A stretch of DNA of 64,000 nucleotides, taken from assembly GCA_965112155.1 (NCBI GenBank), contig OZ218100.1; one strand, 5' to 3'. This stretch comes from Podarcis liolepis (lineage: Eukaryota). Position numbers and translations under genes: made by a program. Positions 52,180 through 63,275 of this stretch are shown piece after piece. Under the pieces are notes generated by a model, which was given only the letters and a program-made list of their open reading frames with translations, did not search any database and had not been told where the DNA came from. Each line of letters begins with the position of its first letter. The first letter of the stretch is position 1.

Positions 52180-53290
52180 AAAACATAACCAGAACCCTGC
52201 TGGGTCAGACCAGAGGCCTGTCTGGTCTAGCATCCTCTTTTCGCAGTGGCAGACATGATACCTGTGGGAATCCCCTAAAAGCAGGGCATGAAGTCAGTAG
52301 TCCCTCTCCAGCTTGTAGTCCTCATTCACCTGTCTTCAGAGGCCCTCTAATACTGGGGAGTTATTTATCTATTTCACAGCATTATTTATACCCCACAAAT
52401 CTTACTGGGTTGCCCCAGCCACTCTGGGCAGCTTCCGACACATATAAAAACATAATAAAATGTCAGACATTTAAAAAACTTCCCAATACAGGGCTGCCTT
52501 CAGATGTCCTCTAAAAGTTGTGTAGTTTATCTCCTTGACATTCGACTGGAGAGCGTTCCACAGGGAGGGTACCACTGCCGAGAAGGCCCTCTGCCTGGTT
52601 CCATGTAACTTCGCTTCTCGCAGTGAGGGAACCCCGTAAGTGTTTTACGTACTCACAATAAAACCTCTTAAGTGTTTTTCAAAAAGAATAAAACAAACTA
52701 TCTTTTTTTTAAAAAAAAACTGGTATTTAAAATGATTAACAAATAATTAAAATCAACAATAAATTAAAGCCAGATTAAAACACAAGACGGCTTCTACGTG
52801 TATGGATAGTGAAGGCACCTGCTTGGTGTCAGTAAGTAGATGGGTCCCAAGTGTGGTAGCTGCCATGCTAAAAGATCAGTTTCTTACAAATGTGGACTGT
52901 TATGCAATACCTAAGACCCTGCCAGTTCCATAGATCGAAGCAGTCAAGTGGGGTTCTATGGGGCAAGGCGCTCTCACAGGTAAACAGGTCCCAAGCTGTT
53001 AAGGGCTTTGTATACTGACAATAACACAAGCAGGCAACCAGCGCAATCATGCGGCAGCATTCTTCACTAAGTTCAGCTTCTGGGTCCAGCACATGAGCAG
53101 AAGCCATCGTTAGCCTTATCCTCAGCGAAGCTGCCGAATCCCCTTTTCAAGCCCCCCAAGTTGGTGCCCCCACCCTTCACGTCGGGTGCTAGAAACTTCC
53201 ATGGTTTAGCTGGGTGAAGAAGTCCTTCCTTCTGTTTGTCTGTCCTGAGTTTTCCAACATTCAGCTTCAGAAGGAGGCTCTGGGGTTCCG
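52180..53290 (-). mobile_element. Old CR1 3' end interrupted by L2 fragments (~52365-52635 and ~52640-53040)
   Basis: CR1 3'UTR-like ccctgctgggtcagacc...tctagcatcc. ORF 53073-53318 KLNVGKLRTDK...TNLGGLKRG resembles the CR1 ORF2 end. L2 tail tttatacccc...gggttgccccagccactctgggc. Confidence 0.65.
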
Positions 53291-53767
53291 CTCCTCCTGC
53301 CTCCTTGTTCATGCCCAATTTGTGGTCTCATCCCGTGACGCCATTTGCAGGCAAGATACGTTTGAATTCATGCTTTACTTATCACAACATAGCTGCCCGC
53401 CTAAATATACAGCGGCAACCACTGCTGCATAATATCGTAATTGTAGCTATCTGCTGTTGTCATCGCTCTCGATATTCCCCTGTAAGAGGCCAGCCGGCCT
53501 ACTCCAAACCCATCCTTCGCTTCTGTGATCTCGTCTGGTCATCCTCATTATCTCCTGGTGGTTTTATATATGCACATAATTTCAGGGACCTGTTGGCTTA
53601 CCTCAGAAGCCAAACAAGCGAAAACATCCTCACCCCCCGCTTCCTTCCTCACCCCACTTCCCCTCAAAAAACTGGGTTTTCTGTGTTTGGGGTTTTTAAG
53701 TACGAAAGAACTCCTCATCTTTATCTCCTCTCCCCTTTTTTATTATTTTTTTGCTTTTCTTCCTCAG

Positions 53768-53914
53768 AAAACCAAAAGGGATGTAAATAACTTTGATCAA
53801 GACTTTACACGAGAAGACCCAGTATTAACAGCAGTGGACGAGACAATTATAAAGCAGATCAACCAAGAAGAATTTAAAGGCTTCTCATATTTTGGGGAAG
53901 AGCTGCTGCCATAA
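53768..53914 (+). CDS. PRKCE: PKC epsilon last coding exon (exon 15 equivalent) with stop codon: AGC C-terminal tail
   Basis: Long pyrimidine tract then ctcAG|AAA. Translates [48 protein letters not shown], including the NFD, turn (VLT) and hydrophobic (FKGFSY) motifs. Confidence 0.97.
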   Translation, partial: KTKRDVNNFDQDFTREDPVLTAVDETIIKQINQEEFKGFSYFGEELLP

Positions 53915-54257
53915 GAAGTCCCCAGCATGCCGTTTGGGGCCACCAGTTCACTGACACTGCAAGAGGTGGTTTTCCGCTACCCAGTCAAGAGCTACTTCTC
54001 TGACCTTGAGCCCATAACCCTTACTTTCTACTATGTCTATCTATTTATTGTTATTTTCCTTTTGTCCTTGAGCTGGAGGCACTCATGATTTCCATCTCAC
54101 AAAGGAACGCAAAATATTTTGTGCCAGAAGTAGTTCGTGAAGGTAACACATTGCTGTTGTTTCTTGCTGCTGCTGCCGCCCCCCCTCTCAATTTAGGATA
54201 TTTCCTGTTGTTCTCCAGAAGGCCGCGACTTGTCCTCCCCATCCTCATCTAGCACCT

Positions 54258-54394
54258 TCATAAAATCATGGAATTTTAGAGTTGGAAGGGGAACACAAGG
54301 GTCATCTAGTCCAACCCCCTGCAGTGCAGGAATCTTTCACCCAACGTGGGGCTCACACCCGTGAGAGTCTCGTGCTCTGTCGACTGAGCTATCC
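54258..54394 (-). mobile_element. tRNA-Lys-head / CR1-tail SINE in the 3'UTR
   Basis: Minus strand reads ggatagctcagtcgacagagcacgagactc...ggactagatgacc...cttccaactct. Confidence 0.75.
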
Positions 54395-54650
54395 TGGCAG
54401 AACTAATTCATTCTGACATTTTGGAGATTTTTTAAAAAGTCACTAGAAAGCTTCCCCTTCCCCCTGACCTGAGGAGATTTCTGACAGCCAAATAGAGCAG
54501 CTTTGAGGGCTGTGCTTGACTTCTAGGCACAAGGTTCTCCACTCCTGCTAACAGTTTTCCAAGACATGGTAAATGACCGTCCCATCGCACACACACCTCT
54601 CAAGTGTACTAAACAAACACTTAGATTTGCTTTCTTGCCCCTGTGGAACT

Positions 54651-54782
54651 ATCATAGAATTGTAGAGCTGGAAGGGCCATAAGGACCACCTAGGTCAACC
54701 CCCTGCAATCTTTTGCCCCAGGTGGGGCTTGAACCCGCGACCCTGAGATTAAGAGTCTCATGGTGTCCCGGCTGAGCTATCC
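54651..54782 (-). mobile_element. tRNA-Lys(CTT)-head / CR1-tail SINE in the 3'UTR
   Basis: Minus strand reads ggatagctcagccgg...catgagactcttaatctcagggtcgcgggttcaagccccac, then a CR1 tail ending attctatgat. Confidence 0.8.
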
Positions 54783-55521
54783 AACCCAAACCAATAGGTG
54801 GGGATAAAGTCACCTTGTGTTGACTTTCCTGAATCGAATGTGAATTGGTCGGTCGCATTTGCTGTGGCAGCACAGCATAGCTGTCGGAAGCCGATTCCTC
54901 AAATACGGACAGACAGCTTTAGGATCAGCCATTTGCCTTTCGCAGAAATACCCTTCCGTTTCTTTTTAATGGAAAGAGACCTTCAGGACGCTGCAGTTCT
55001 GTGGGTAAGCAAGGGGCCCATGGAACTAGAGTTCACCTCCAAGCTTTGATCCTCTTAGGCTCAACCGTGGCCGGTGGGCGGAAGTCAGGAAAGCGAAGAC
55101 AGCAGCAGGTGGAGCCACAGCCAGTGATGGGCAGAGGCAACCAAGTCTACTTTTGCCCCCCCTCCTCCCCACCAAGTTCTACAAAGGTAACACTGAGACT
55201 AAGGAGGAGGGGGCTGGCAGTCAAGTGCCACCTTTCGGGCTGCTTGCGTGTTAAGAAGACAGGTAGGTGGGACACCCTCTGCTTCTTAGGCTTAGGAGTT
55301 GCGTTTTAAGCAGAAGGCAGTGCACATTCTTTCTCTTCAAAGTTCTGCTGCGTTGGGCTTCCTAGTTCAATAGAACCAGGCCATTGCATGCTAAGGGCAT
55401 CTACAGCCCACAGTACTACCAGCTTGAGCTCAGGGCAAAGGAGCCTGGACAGAGGTTTCCCCGCTCTTTGTTAATACTGATGAGAACAGAGGCCATCAGT
55501 GCAGAAGGGATGAAGGGACTA

Positions 55522-55824
55522 CAGTGGTGCCTCGCAAGACGAAAAGAATCCGTTCTGTGATTCTCTTCGTCTAGCGGATTAGCAAGCCCATTGACGGATT
55601 AGCGGCTTTTAGCGGCTTATCTGCTTATCGGATCAGCTGATAAGCGGCTTAGTGGCTTAGAAAAGGGGGGGGAGGGGAAAAACCCGCAGGAACTCGCAAG
55701 ACATTTTCGTCTTGCGAAGCAAGCCCATAGGAGATTCGTCTTGCGAAGCACCTCCAAAACGGAAAACTCTTTCGTCTAGCGAGTTTTCCGTCTTGCGAGG
55801 CATTCGTCTTGTGGGGCACCACTG
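55522..55824. mobile_element. Tc1/mariner MITE in the 3'UTR, related to 41658 and inverted
   Basis: TA|CAGTGGTGCC ... GGCACCACTG|TA with gcaagacgaa repeats. Confidence 0.85.
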
Positions 55825-57858
55825 TATAATGTGCATGGTTGCTACATAATTCCCACAGCTGTACTAAGATTCTTCTAAGGCAGAATGCCTGCGTGTGCTC
55901 AACCTAGGAGTAAACCCTGTTGCACGCAGTGGGGTTTATCTCCAATTAAGCATGCACACGATTGCGTGAAAAAGGCAGGCTTGGTAGTAAATATTCGGCT
56001 CCCTACTAGGTGCTTCCAGAAATCTGTCCCAGCAACATTTTTAGCCCTCATAATGCAGGGTTTTTGCGAGGGAGACATCTCTCTTTACCTCCTTCTCTCT
56101 GCTGGTTGTACCCTTGAGCTGCTTGCCAAGCCTTACCACAAAGCCATAAGTGAATGGGACAGAGATATTTTACCGTGGATCTTGAAATAAATACACCCAA
56201 AGATGCACTTCTCTGCAAAGCTAGTTGCTGAGTGGAAAAAAATCTGCCTGACTGAAGGACTGATAAAAATAGTCAGGTTAAGCTGCCATGGAAAGTCTTA
56301 AAGATTATATCAGGAAAATTGCTCCCCACCCCAAGATACGAAACAATGTTTTTTTAAAAAACAACAACAACAAATAAACAAATGTTTTATTAAATCATAA
56401 AATCAAAACAGACAGACTTAGATGCTTTATAGACAGATGTTAAAGGGCTAAAGTTTGGGCAAATTCTCAAAAAAACCCAACCTGTAACTGCTTTAATAAA
56501 GCAGTGTAGGTTTTCTGCAAATCTTACAGCTTCTCCGACATGTACATAGTAATACTTCCGTAGGGAAACTATTTTAGAAACTGGTACCTGAATCATTCAT
56601 GTCATTGATGCAATGACAGGTGTGAAGGGGATTTTTAAGAAAGATGCTTTTTAAAGGAATCATTGTATTGAATCTGGGTGATGTCCTACTCTGCTTTTAC
56701 TTTTAACAGCAGTGTGTTACTTTTGCAGGCTTTTACAAAGGAGAAAAATGGGCATGGTTCTTTGTGCATAGCCTTTTCCCTCTCCGTCCCTTCTCTGCTG
56801 GCCTTGAGCCAGGAGCAGCCCACCACAAGCCCGTGTCTCGATGCAGAAGCCCTTGTCCTTCTCAGGGCCATGTGCAGAGGTTGTGAGAGCTGTCTGTGCA
56901 AATGCACTGGGAAAGAGAGGGCTGCTTTGAGCTAGCATCGCCAATACATACATAGCAGGTAGTGGCTGAGGGTCAAACTAGCTAAAAGTCTTTGCATTTC
57001 GTACGCACTCGAAAAATAAATGCACCCAGCAGCTACATTTCCTCCCAATGCAAACAACAGCTTCAGAGGAGCTGTTTTCATCAGGACTCCAGCAAGGAGA
57101 GAAAGGGTTAAGCCCCTTCTGTGATCTCAGTAATTATTGACCCCTCCAACAGCTGCTGGTTGCATTTAAAAATAAGAAGGTGTGCTGCATGCAAAGACAC
57201 ATTTGACAGCGCATTTTGTTTGGCCCCAAGGCATTGTGGGGCTTCTGGTCCTGGCTCAGGGCTGGGCAGAAACAGGAAGGAGGAAGGATTAAGGATAACA
57301 TGATACTGTACTACTGTACTATGGGTCCAGCTGGGTCATGACCAATAGTACTACTGTTCTTTTGTGTGTGTTTTTGATATTTAGAAGAAGAAGAAAATAA
57401 TCTGGTATAAAACTGTGCTATACAGGAAGAATACAAAGCCAGGCAAAGCCATTCATTATGTGAAATGTGTATCAAGAGACTGAAGATCAAGATTCAAAAA
57501 CTGACATTGCTAAGAGTTGTAAATGGATTTTCTTGTGTAGTGATTGAAAAAATAAATAAGGTAACTCATGTGGACAGTACATTAACAAATGTGAAGTTAC
57601 CGCCTGTAGATTTGCTGACAGTGTTATGTACTTATATTTCTGGGAGTACCCTGTGTTGTGCGTGTGTGTGTGTGTGTGTACGTGTATCGTTGAGTGGTGT
57701 GTATACTATATATATATTATGTATATACACACACGCTGAGTGAGCAGTTAAGGGAATCCATTTTACTTGTTGCACTTGGATTTTCCAATTGCAGAATTTA
57801 TATATACTTGTGACTGGCAAAGTGGCACTCAAAGAAGCTTTTTTCCTTTATCGTTTCT

Positions 57859-57861
<3 letters not shown>

Positions 57862-57901
<40 letters not shown>
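57862..57901. repeat. (CT)n microsatellite in the putative 3'UTR
   Basis: Direct observation. Confidence 0.95.
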
Positions 57902-57903
<2 letters not shown>

Positions 57904-60083
57904 CTTTTGTACAGACGAGGATTTTGTATATAGGTGTTTACTGCAAGGCCTGTGGAATTCAATGAATATAGAGGTATCAACTGCTGCATGTTCAGGCATA
58001 TTATTAAAAAAACCACAAAAAAACAAAGTTAGCCTATGAAAGAATAATTATGAATATGTCCATGTGCAATACTCTGTATGTGTATTGGTTCAAGTTACTG
58101 TCCGAGATGATTTTCCCCCACTTTATTTGTTTGTTTTCTATTATTATTAAAAGAAAGAAAGATGTATACCTATATTAAGCTGTACTAAATCTCCTGTATA
58201 GTTTAACTCTATATGGAATGATAGAGATTGGGGTGGGGGGTGGGGCGGAAGGGAAGAGCCATGACTGACAGAAGCACAGGCTAGCCGCAGGCCGCTTTCT
58301 CGTGCTGTCTCTGTGGCGTGGAGCTTGGAGACTCCTTCCCTCTCCTGCTCAAATAACACGAGGAGCTCTGGACCACCTGAGAAGAACCCAACACCTGTGG
58401 AAAGCGATAATGTTCGCACCAGTCATATTTGTGCAACTGACAGGGCCCGCTGCTGACACCTGCAGTGGCCCCTACATTATTATTTTCTTTTTTTTAAAAA
58501 AAGAAAAAGTATGGCTCAGTTCCTTGAGCTGTGGTGGACAGCTGGTCTGGTTGCCACATTCACTTCCCACAATAAGCCTGATAATGGAGCTTCGCTCCAA
58601 GGCATTGTGGGAAATGAAAATGGTGGCCACATTCAGCCCCCTGCTCAGAGCACTGTTGCCTGCCACCACCAAGTAAGTCCATCGACGGAGGAGGGGGCCC
58701 ACCGGAGAGCCAGTGAAAGCAGCACACACGCCCCAAGTTTGGGCCAGGGGCCTGAAGAGGAGTTTCGACATGGGCTTCTGCCACATGGCCCGCAGTGGCA
58801 GGCATCCCTGGTTGGAGCCACACAAAGGATTCCCCCCCGCTGCACACATAGCCTGAGAAAGTTGGTCCCGGGGATCTTCTCAAACAGGCAGGATAGATTA
58901 GCGTCAGTTTTGCGTCTGGCTGTTCATAGCAATTACTATATTCCGTTCCATTGTGGTTTTTCTTTTTTGTTTGTTTTCGTATTTAAACTCAGGTGTAGTG
59001 TTTTATATATATGTTATGTGTGTGTGTATATATCCATATATATACACACACATATAAATATTGATGATTTCAAAATATTAAATATGCTATATCAAGTTAC
59101 GTGGTCATGTGTTGTCTAGCTTACCGGTGTAGTAATGGAACAAAGCTTTTAGAATAATTTAATTTATCTTCACTAAAAACTTAAGGGCTGGAGCAGGACG
59201 GGGAGGGGGCAGGAATAAAAGGACCCCCACCCCTCCAGCTCACGGAGTGGAAGCACAGAGACATCACAAAGGTCACATCATCTCATTAATTTTATGTTCA
59301 TTTGGGGCGGGGTGGGGATCATGTAGAACTGCCCGTTCATTTTCTGCGTGGTGATATTTCTGCCCTGTGTATTTCTGCCACATGCTAAGCTTTGGCTATC
59401 TGAAGCGTGAACTTGACAATGCAAAAGTGGTCTTTTCCTTAGGCGAACCAACAGAGGCTTTGGAGGTAGCCAAGTGGCCTCCAGGGGCTGCCCATAAGAC
59501 TGGCTAGAATGAGGAAACTATCGTACAGCGCACTGTCCTGTTTGTATGGAACGAGAGGCCTTTACGCAAAACAGGGGATTAGCAAAGCCTTTTTAAAGGG
59601 AGGCATTGCGCAAAGCAAAATTGTGGAGTGTGCGATGCCCTTGTTCCTGGTGTGAAAAATCACAAACCATCATTCGTCCTTTTTGAAGCGGGTGGGAGGA
59701 AGTCCCAACACCTGCATTCCTTTTTCTTTAGGATGCTGAACGGAAAAACAAATAGCTTCACACAGGCAGAAACCGCAGCTACAGTCTTGGGAGTCCTCTG
59801 CCTGCCTCGTTCCAGCGAGAGAGGTCCGTGCAGGTATTAAATGCCCTTCATTCAGTGAGTGTTTGCCAATGTGTTTGGGATGATGCAGGCCCCCATCTGC
59901 GTGGCAATACTCACTTGAACCGGGTTGGGCTGCCCCGATGCACCTTCTGATGGCGGGTGCGTCAGCCTCTAAAGCCACCAGGTTAGTTTTGCAAAGGCTA
60001 CAACTGCATTGAAGGCTTGTGGGGTTTAAGCAACCTGGCCCGTGTGCAGGGAATGCTGCCTTCAAGTCAGTTTCAAGTGAATA

Positions 60084-60150
60084 CATAGAATTGTAGAGTT
60101 GGAAGGGACCCCAACGGTCATCTAGTCCAACCCCCTGCCACGCAGGAATT
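60084..60150 (-). mobile_element. Truncated CR1-type tail
   Basis: catagaattgtagagttggaagggacccc...atctagtccaaccccctgc. Confidence 0.7.
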
Positions 60151-60706
60151 CAATTCAAGTAGTTTGGTTTACACTAGCGGGTTTTTGTCTGTTAACTTTG
60201 AACTTATTTAAAATGAACACACTGTTACATTTCTTCCTCTTCTGTCAAGCTTCTTTTCCACCATCCCTCTTCTTTTGTTCAAAGGTGTGCAAAATGCCAA
60301 GGCAAGCAAAAATTTGAAAAATAAATAAATAAATCAGGATATTTTTCTCTATCTCTATTTTTAGAGACAGCGTTTAGCGTGCATGTGGGCTGGAGGGAAT
60401 TCCATATTGTTAAAATAATGCTATCTCTCCAAAAAAGGCTTTTTTAAAAATTAAAAACGGAAAAACAAAGACTTCTTTTGAAATTATGTGCAGAATAGTT
60501 CGGGGGGGGGGAATATGAAATGTATTCCGTTTTAGAGGAGCAGGGAGGTATTTTTTTATTGTGAGGCTTTCTTTGTACAGAATTTTTTTCTTACGGTTGT
60601 AATTTGAATCTCTTGCCATTCGTTAGGGTTATTTCATTGTAGTCCTTGTTGCTGTGCCAAATGTACTGTATTCTAAAGGATGTGAATGTGTATTGTTTCG
60701 GAACCT

Positions 60707-60712
60707 AATAAA
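60707..60712 (+). terminator. Probable distal polyadenylation signal
   Basis: AATAAA with upstream TGTA elements (60574, 60662, 60667, 60689) and T-rich sequence downstream. TE-dense sequence resumes after ~60850. Confidence 0.6.
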
Positions 60713-60851
60713 TCAAGGATGTTAAAATCTTATTTTGCATCTCTCACAACTCTTTTCAAATGAACGAAGAGGTTATTGTAGAGACAGAGGATAGTATATA
60801 CATTACATGTCAGCATTATTATCATTTATTATTATTACTCATTTATATTTT

Positions 60852-61070
60852 GTTGGCATCCGTCTGTCTTGAGAGACAATGGAGTACACCTCCAGGGGTG
60901 AAGTCCAACCACTGTGTTAGCAGTACCAAAGCGACCTTCCTTGGCTGCAAGCCTGGGCAGTGTCTCTGAAGGTCCTGGGCTGGCCAGACGACAAGATTCC
61001 CCTCTCTTGATGTGGTCCAAAGGAAAGCAGAGCAATACATTTGGCACAAACTTGGCTGTAAGAGTTGCCT
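60852..61070 (-). mobile_element. RTE-related non-autonomous retroposon fragment
   Basis: gttggcatccgtctgtcttgagagacaatgg resembles the reverse complement of an RTE 3' end. Family assignment is tentative. Confidence 0.45.
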
Positions 61071-61317
61071 GAACTATACTGTTTTATATTTTTAAGGAGG
61101 GGGAGAAAAATCTCACAAGTGGTTCATAGTAAAAACACTCCAGAATATAACATTAGAGAAGAAAGTAAAATATAAAGTATACATTCTGAGCAACATAATT
61201 AATTAAAAAATAAGTAAAAAAGTAAAAAATAAGTAAAAAAGCAACATAGTTAACAAGAAACTAAAGTATTATTTTAAAGATTTCAAGCACAGAATGCACA
61301 TTTAACGTGTGTGTGTT

Positions 61318-61559
61318 TAGGGTTGCCATATTTCAAAAAGTGAAAATCCGGACACAAAAATGGTTGAGCTGCTTTTGGCAAAATTTCAAAAAACACGCTA
61401 AAGTTTTTACCTGTTTTGGGGGGAAATCGCCAACAGATCAACATTTCCAATATGGGCTGCCTGGACATTTTGCCACTTTTTGAAAATTCTACCCAGATGC
61501 CATTTTCAGTGGACAAATCTCAGCTGTGTCTGGGAAATTCTGGACGTATGGCAGCCCTA
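61318..61559. mobile_element. hAT-type MITE
   Basis: TIRs TAGGGTTGCCATA ... TATGGCAGCCCTA. No clear TSD. Confidence 0.7.
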
Positions 61560-62719
61560 ATATATTTCAAAAGAAAACATTTCTAAAGGAAGTAAAAAAT
61601 AAAATGCATATTTAAAGCAGCATAACTGGAAAGACAGTCATGGGTTAGATCTGCATGTTTTTGAATTTCATAATACACCATTTTGAAATGCACAGAGCTC
61701 ACCTGAATGTGTTAAAATGGACCCCAAAGCACGTAGTCCCAGCAGCCACTGAAATCCTTACATATTTTTGTGCATTTCTGGTTGGTGTTCAAAGGAGCAA
61801 ATCAATCTAAATTCTGCATACCCTGAAAAGGGGTGTTGTCCAAACTAGCTCCATTTGCCTAGAAAAGAAGTCTCAAACTTTCCAGACCCAGGATGCACTT
61901 TTTAACCCAAACATGCTTTCGGTGACCCATTTCTTAATCTTTTATCATATATTTGATAGTGGTGTGATTGTGGCAAGCGACCTTGGCTCAGGCTGTGAAC
62001 CACCAGTTGAAGGAAGTGACCTGGAAGACATTGCAGCAATTAGATTCTTAAGTGCTGAGTTTTAAGGCCAAAAGCATCTTATCATTTGAAAGAGGATTCA
62101 TTGGGGGGGGGGTTGTCTTTATGCAAAATTACAGCATCCATGGGGGGGGGTAATTTACTTAATGCTAAAAGCTGTAAGCTAGCTAACGTTTACTCTGCGC
62201 ACACAAACGAGAAACTGATTTTGGAAGCAGAGAGGATTAACAGCTTGGTAAGTGATAATTCTGGAGCATACAGAGAGCAGCAATAGTATTTATTATTCAC
62301 CCAGTGAATAATACCCTGACCTTCTGCTCCTTGCCTATAAACAAGAGATTCCAGGCATTCTCCTTGGAGCCATACAATTTTAAGCCCAGCCATAAAAGTT
62401 CTTCCTTAAGCAACTAGAAGCTGGAAGTGGAAGAATGAGAGACCTTGGAGTGTGACGTTATCGCACCACAAATTCCCCTGGCCATTGCCTCTTCAGAATC
62501 TGAGGAAACACACTGCTATGATGAGATCTTTCAAAGGCAGGCTGGAGAAACTGCGATCCTTGAGATGTTGCTGGACTCCCAACAGTCCCAGGTGGCAAGG
62601 CCAGGGATGACAGGAATTGGGAATCCAGCAACATCTCAAAGGTCACAAGCTCCCCCAGCACCTCTTTTAAAGACAGAAAATTCCATATGGCTACATCCCA
62701 CACCATCCATGGGCATGAT

Positions 62720-63275
62720 CATTATTTATTATTTTTATTTATTGAGCTTATATACCTCCCTTTATAAAAATAATAATCCCAGAGTGGTGTACAACAATAA
62801 CAACACATTTCATGGTGCATCAGTGATAAAAAAAATCCATTAATAACAAACGGCATAAAAGTAAAATAATAGCAGCCCCCTGCACAGCTTTAATGGGCCA
62901 TAGATTATTTAATGGCCAAAGGCCTGGGTAAAAATGGATGTTTTTCCCTGGTGCCTAATGATGGCACCAGGGGAACCTCTCTGGGGAGAGCATTCTACAG
63001 TCAGGGAGCCGCCACAGAAAAGGCCCATCCTTGTGTTGTCACTCTCTGAGCCTCTTGGGGAGAGAGGACACAGAGATAGACCTTAGAAGACAAGCATACG
63101 GTCTGGGTTGGTTTGTATGGAGAGGGGCAGTCCTAAGGTATTGCAGTCCTGAGCCATACAAGCACCAGCTCTTTGAATTGGACCCAGAAACTAATTGGCA
63201 GCCCATGCAGTCGGGCCAGGCTTGTGTTAATATGCTCAAACTGTCTTGTTCTGGTGAGCAACCTGGCCATATTTT
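62720..63275 (-). mobile_element. L2-clade LINE 3' fragment
   Basis: ORF 63133-63324 ARLLTRTRQFEHINTSLARLHGLPISFWVQFK. Confidence 0.7.

Larger units (their letters stand above)
53915..60730 (+). other. PRKCE: Putative long (~6.8 kb) PRKCE 3'UTR
   Basis: Follows the stop codon. AU/GU-rich UTR-like blocks at ~57300-58200, 58940-59170 and 60400-60720 carry TGTA motifs and miRNA seed matches, ending at AATAAA 60707. The end point is inferred; earlier AATAAA hexamers exist. Confidence 0.55.

Noticed and set aside
53236-53790. 184-aa ORF overlapping the last acceptor
   Set aside because: Starts in a CR1 remnant, runs through the pyrimidine tract and is out of frame with the real exon.
54710-54782. 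tRNA-Lys(CTT) gene (similar heads at 714, 13830, 16975)
   Set aside because: The acceptor stem and D-arm are degenerate and the head is fused to a CR1-type tail, so these are SINEs.
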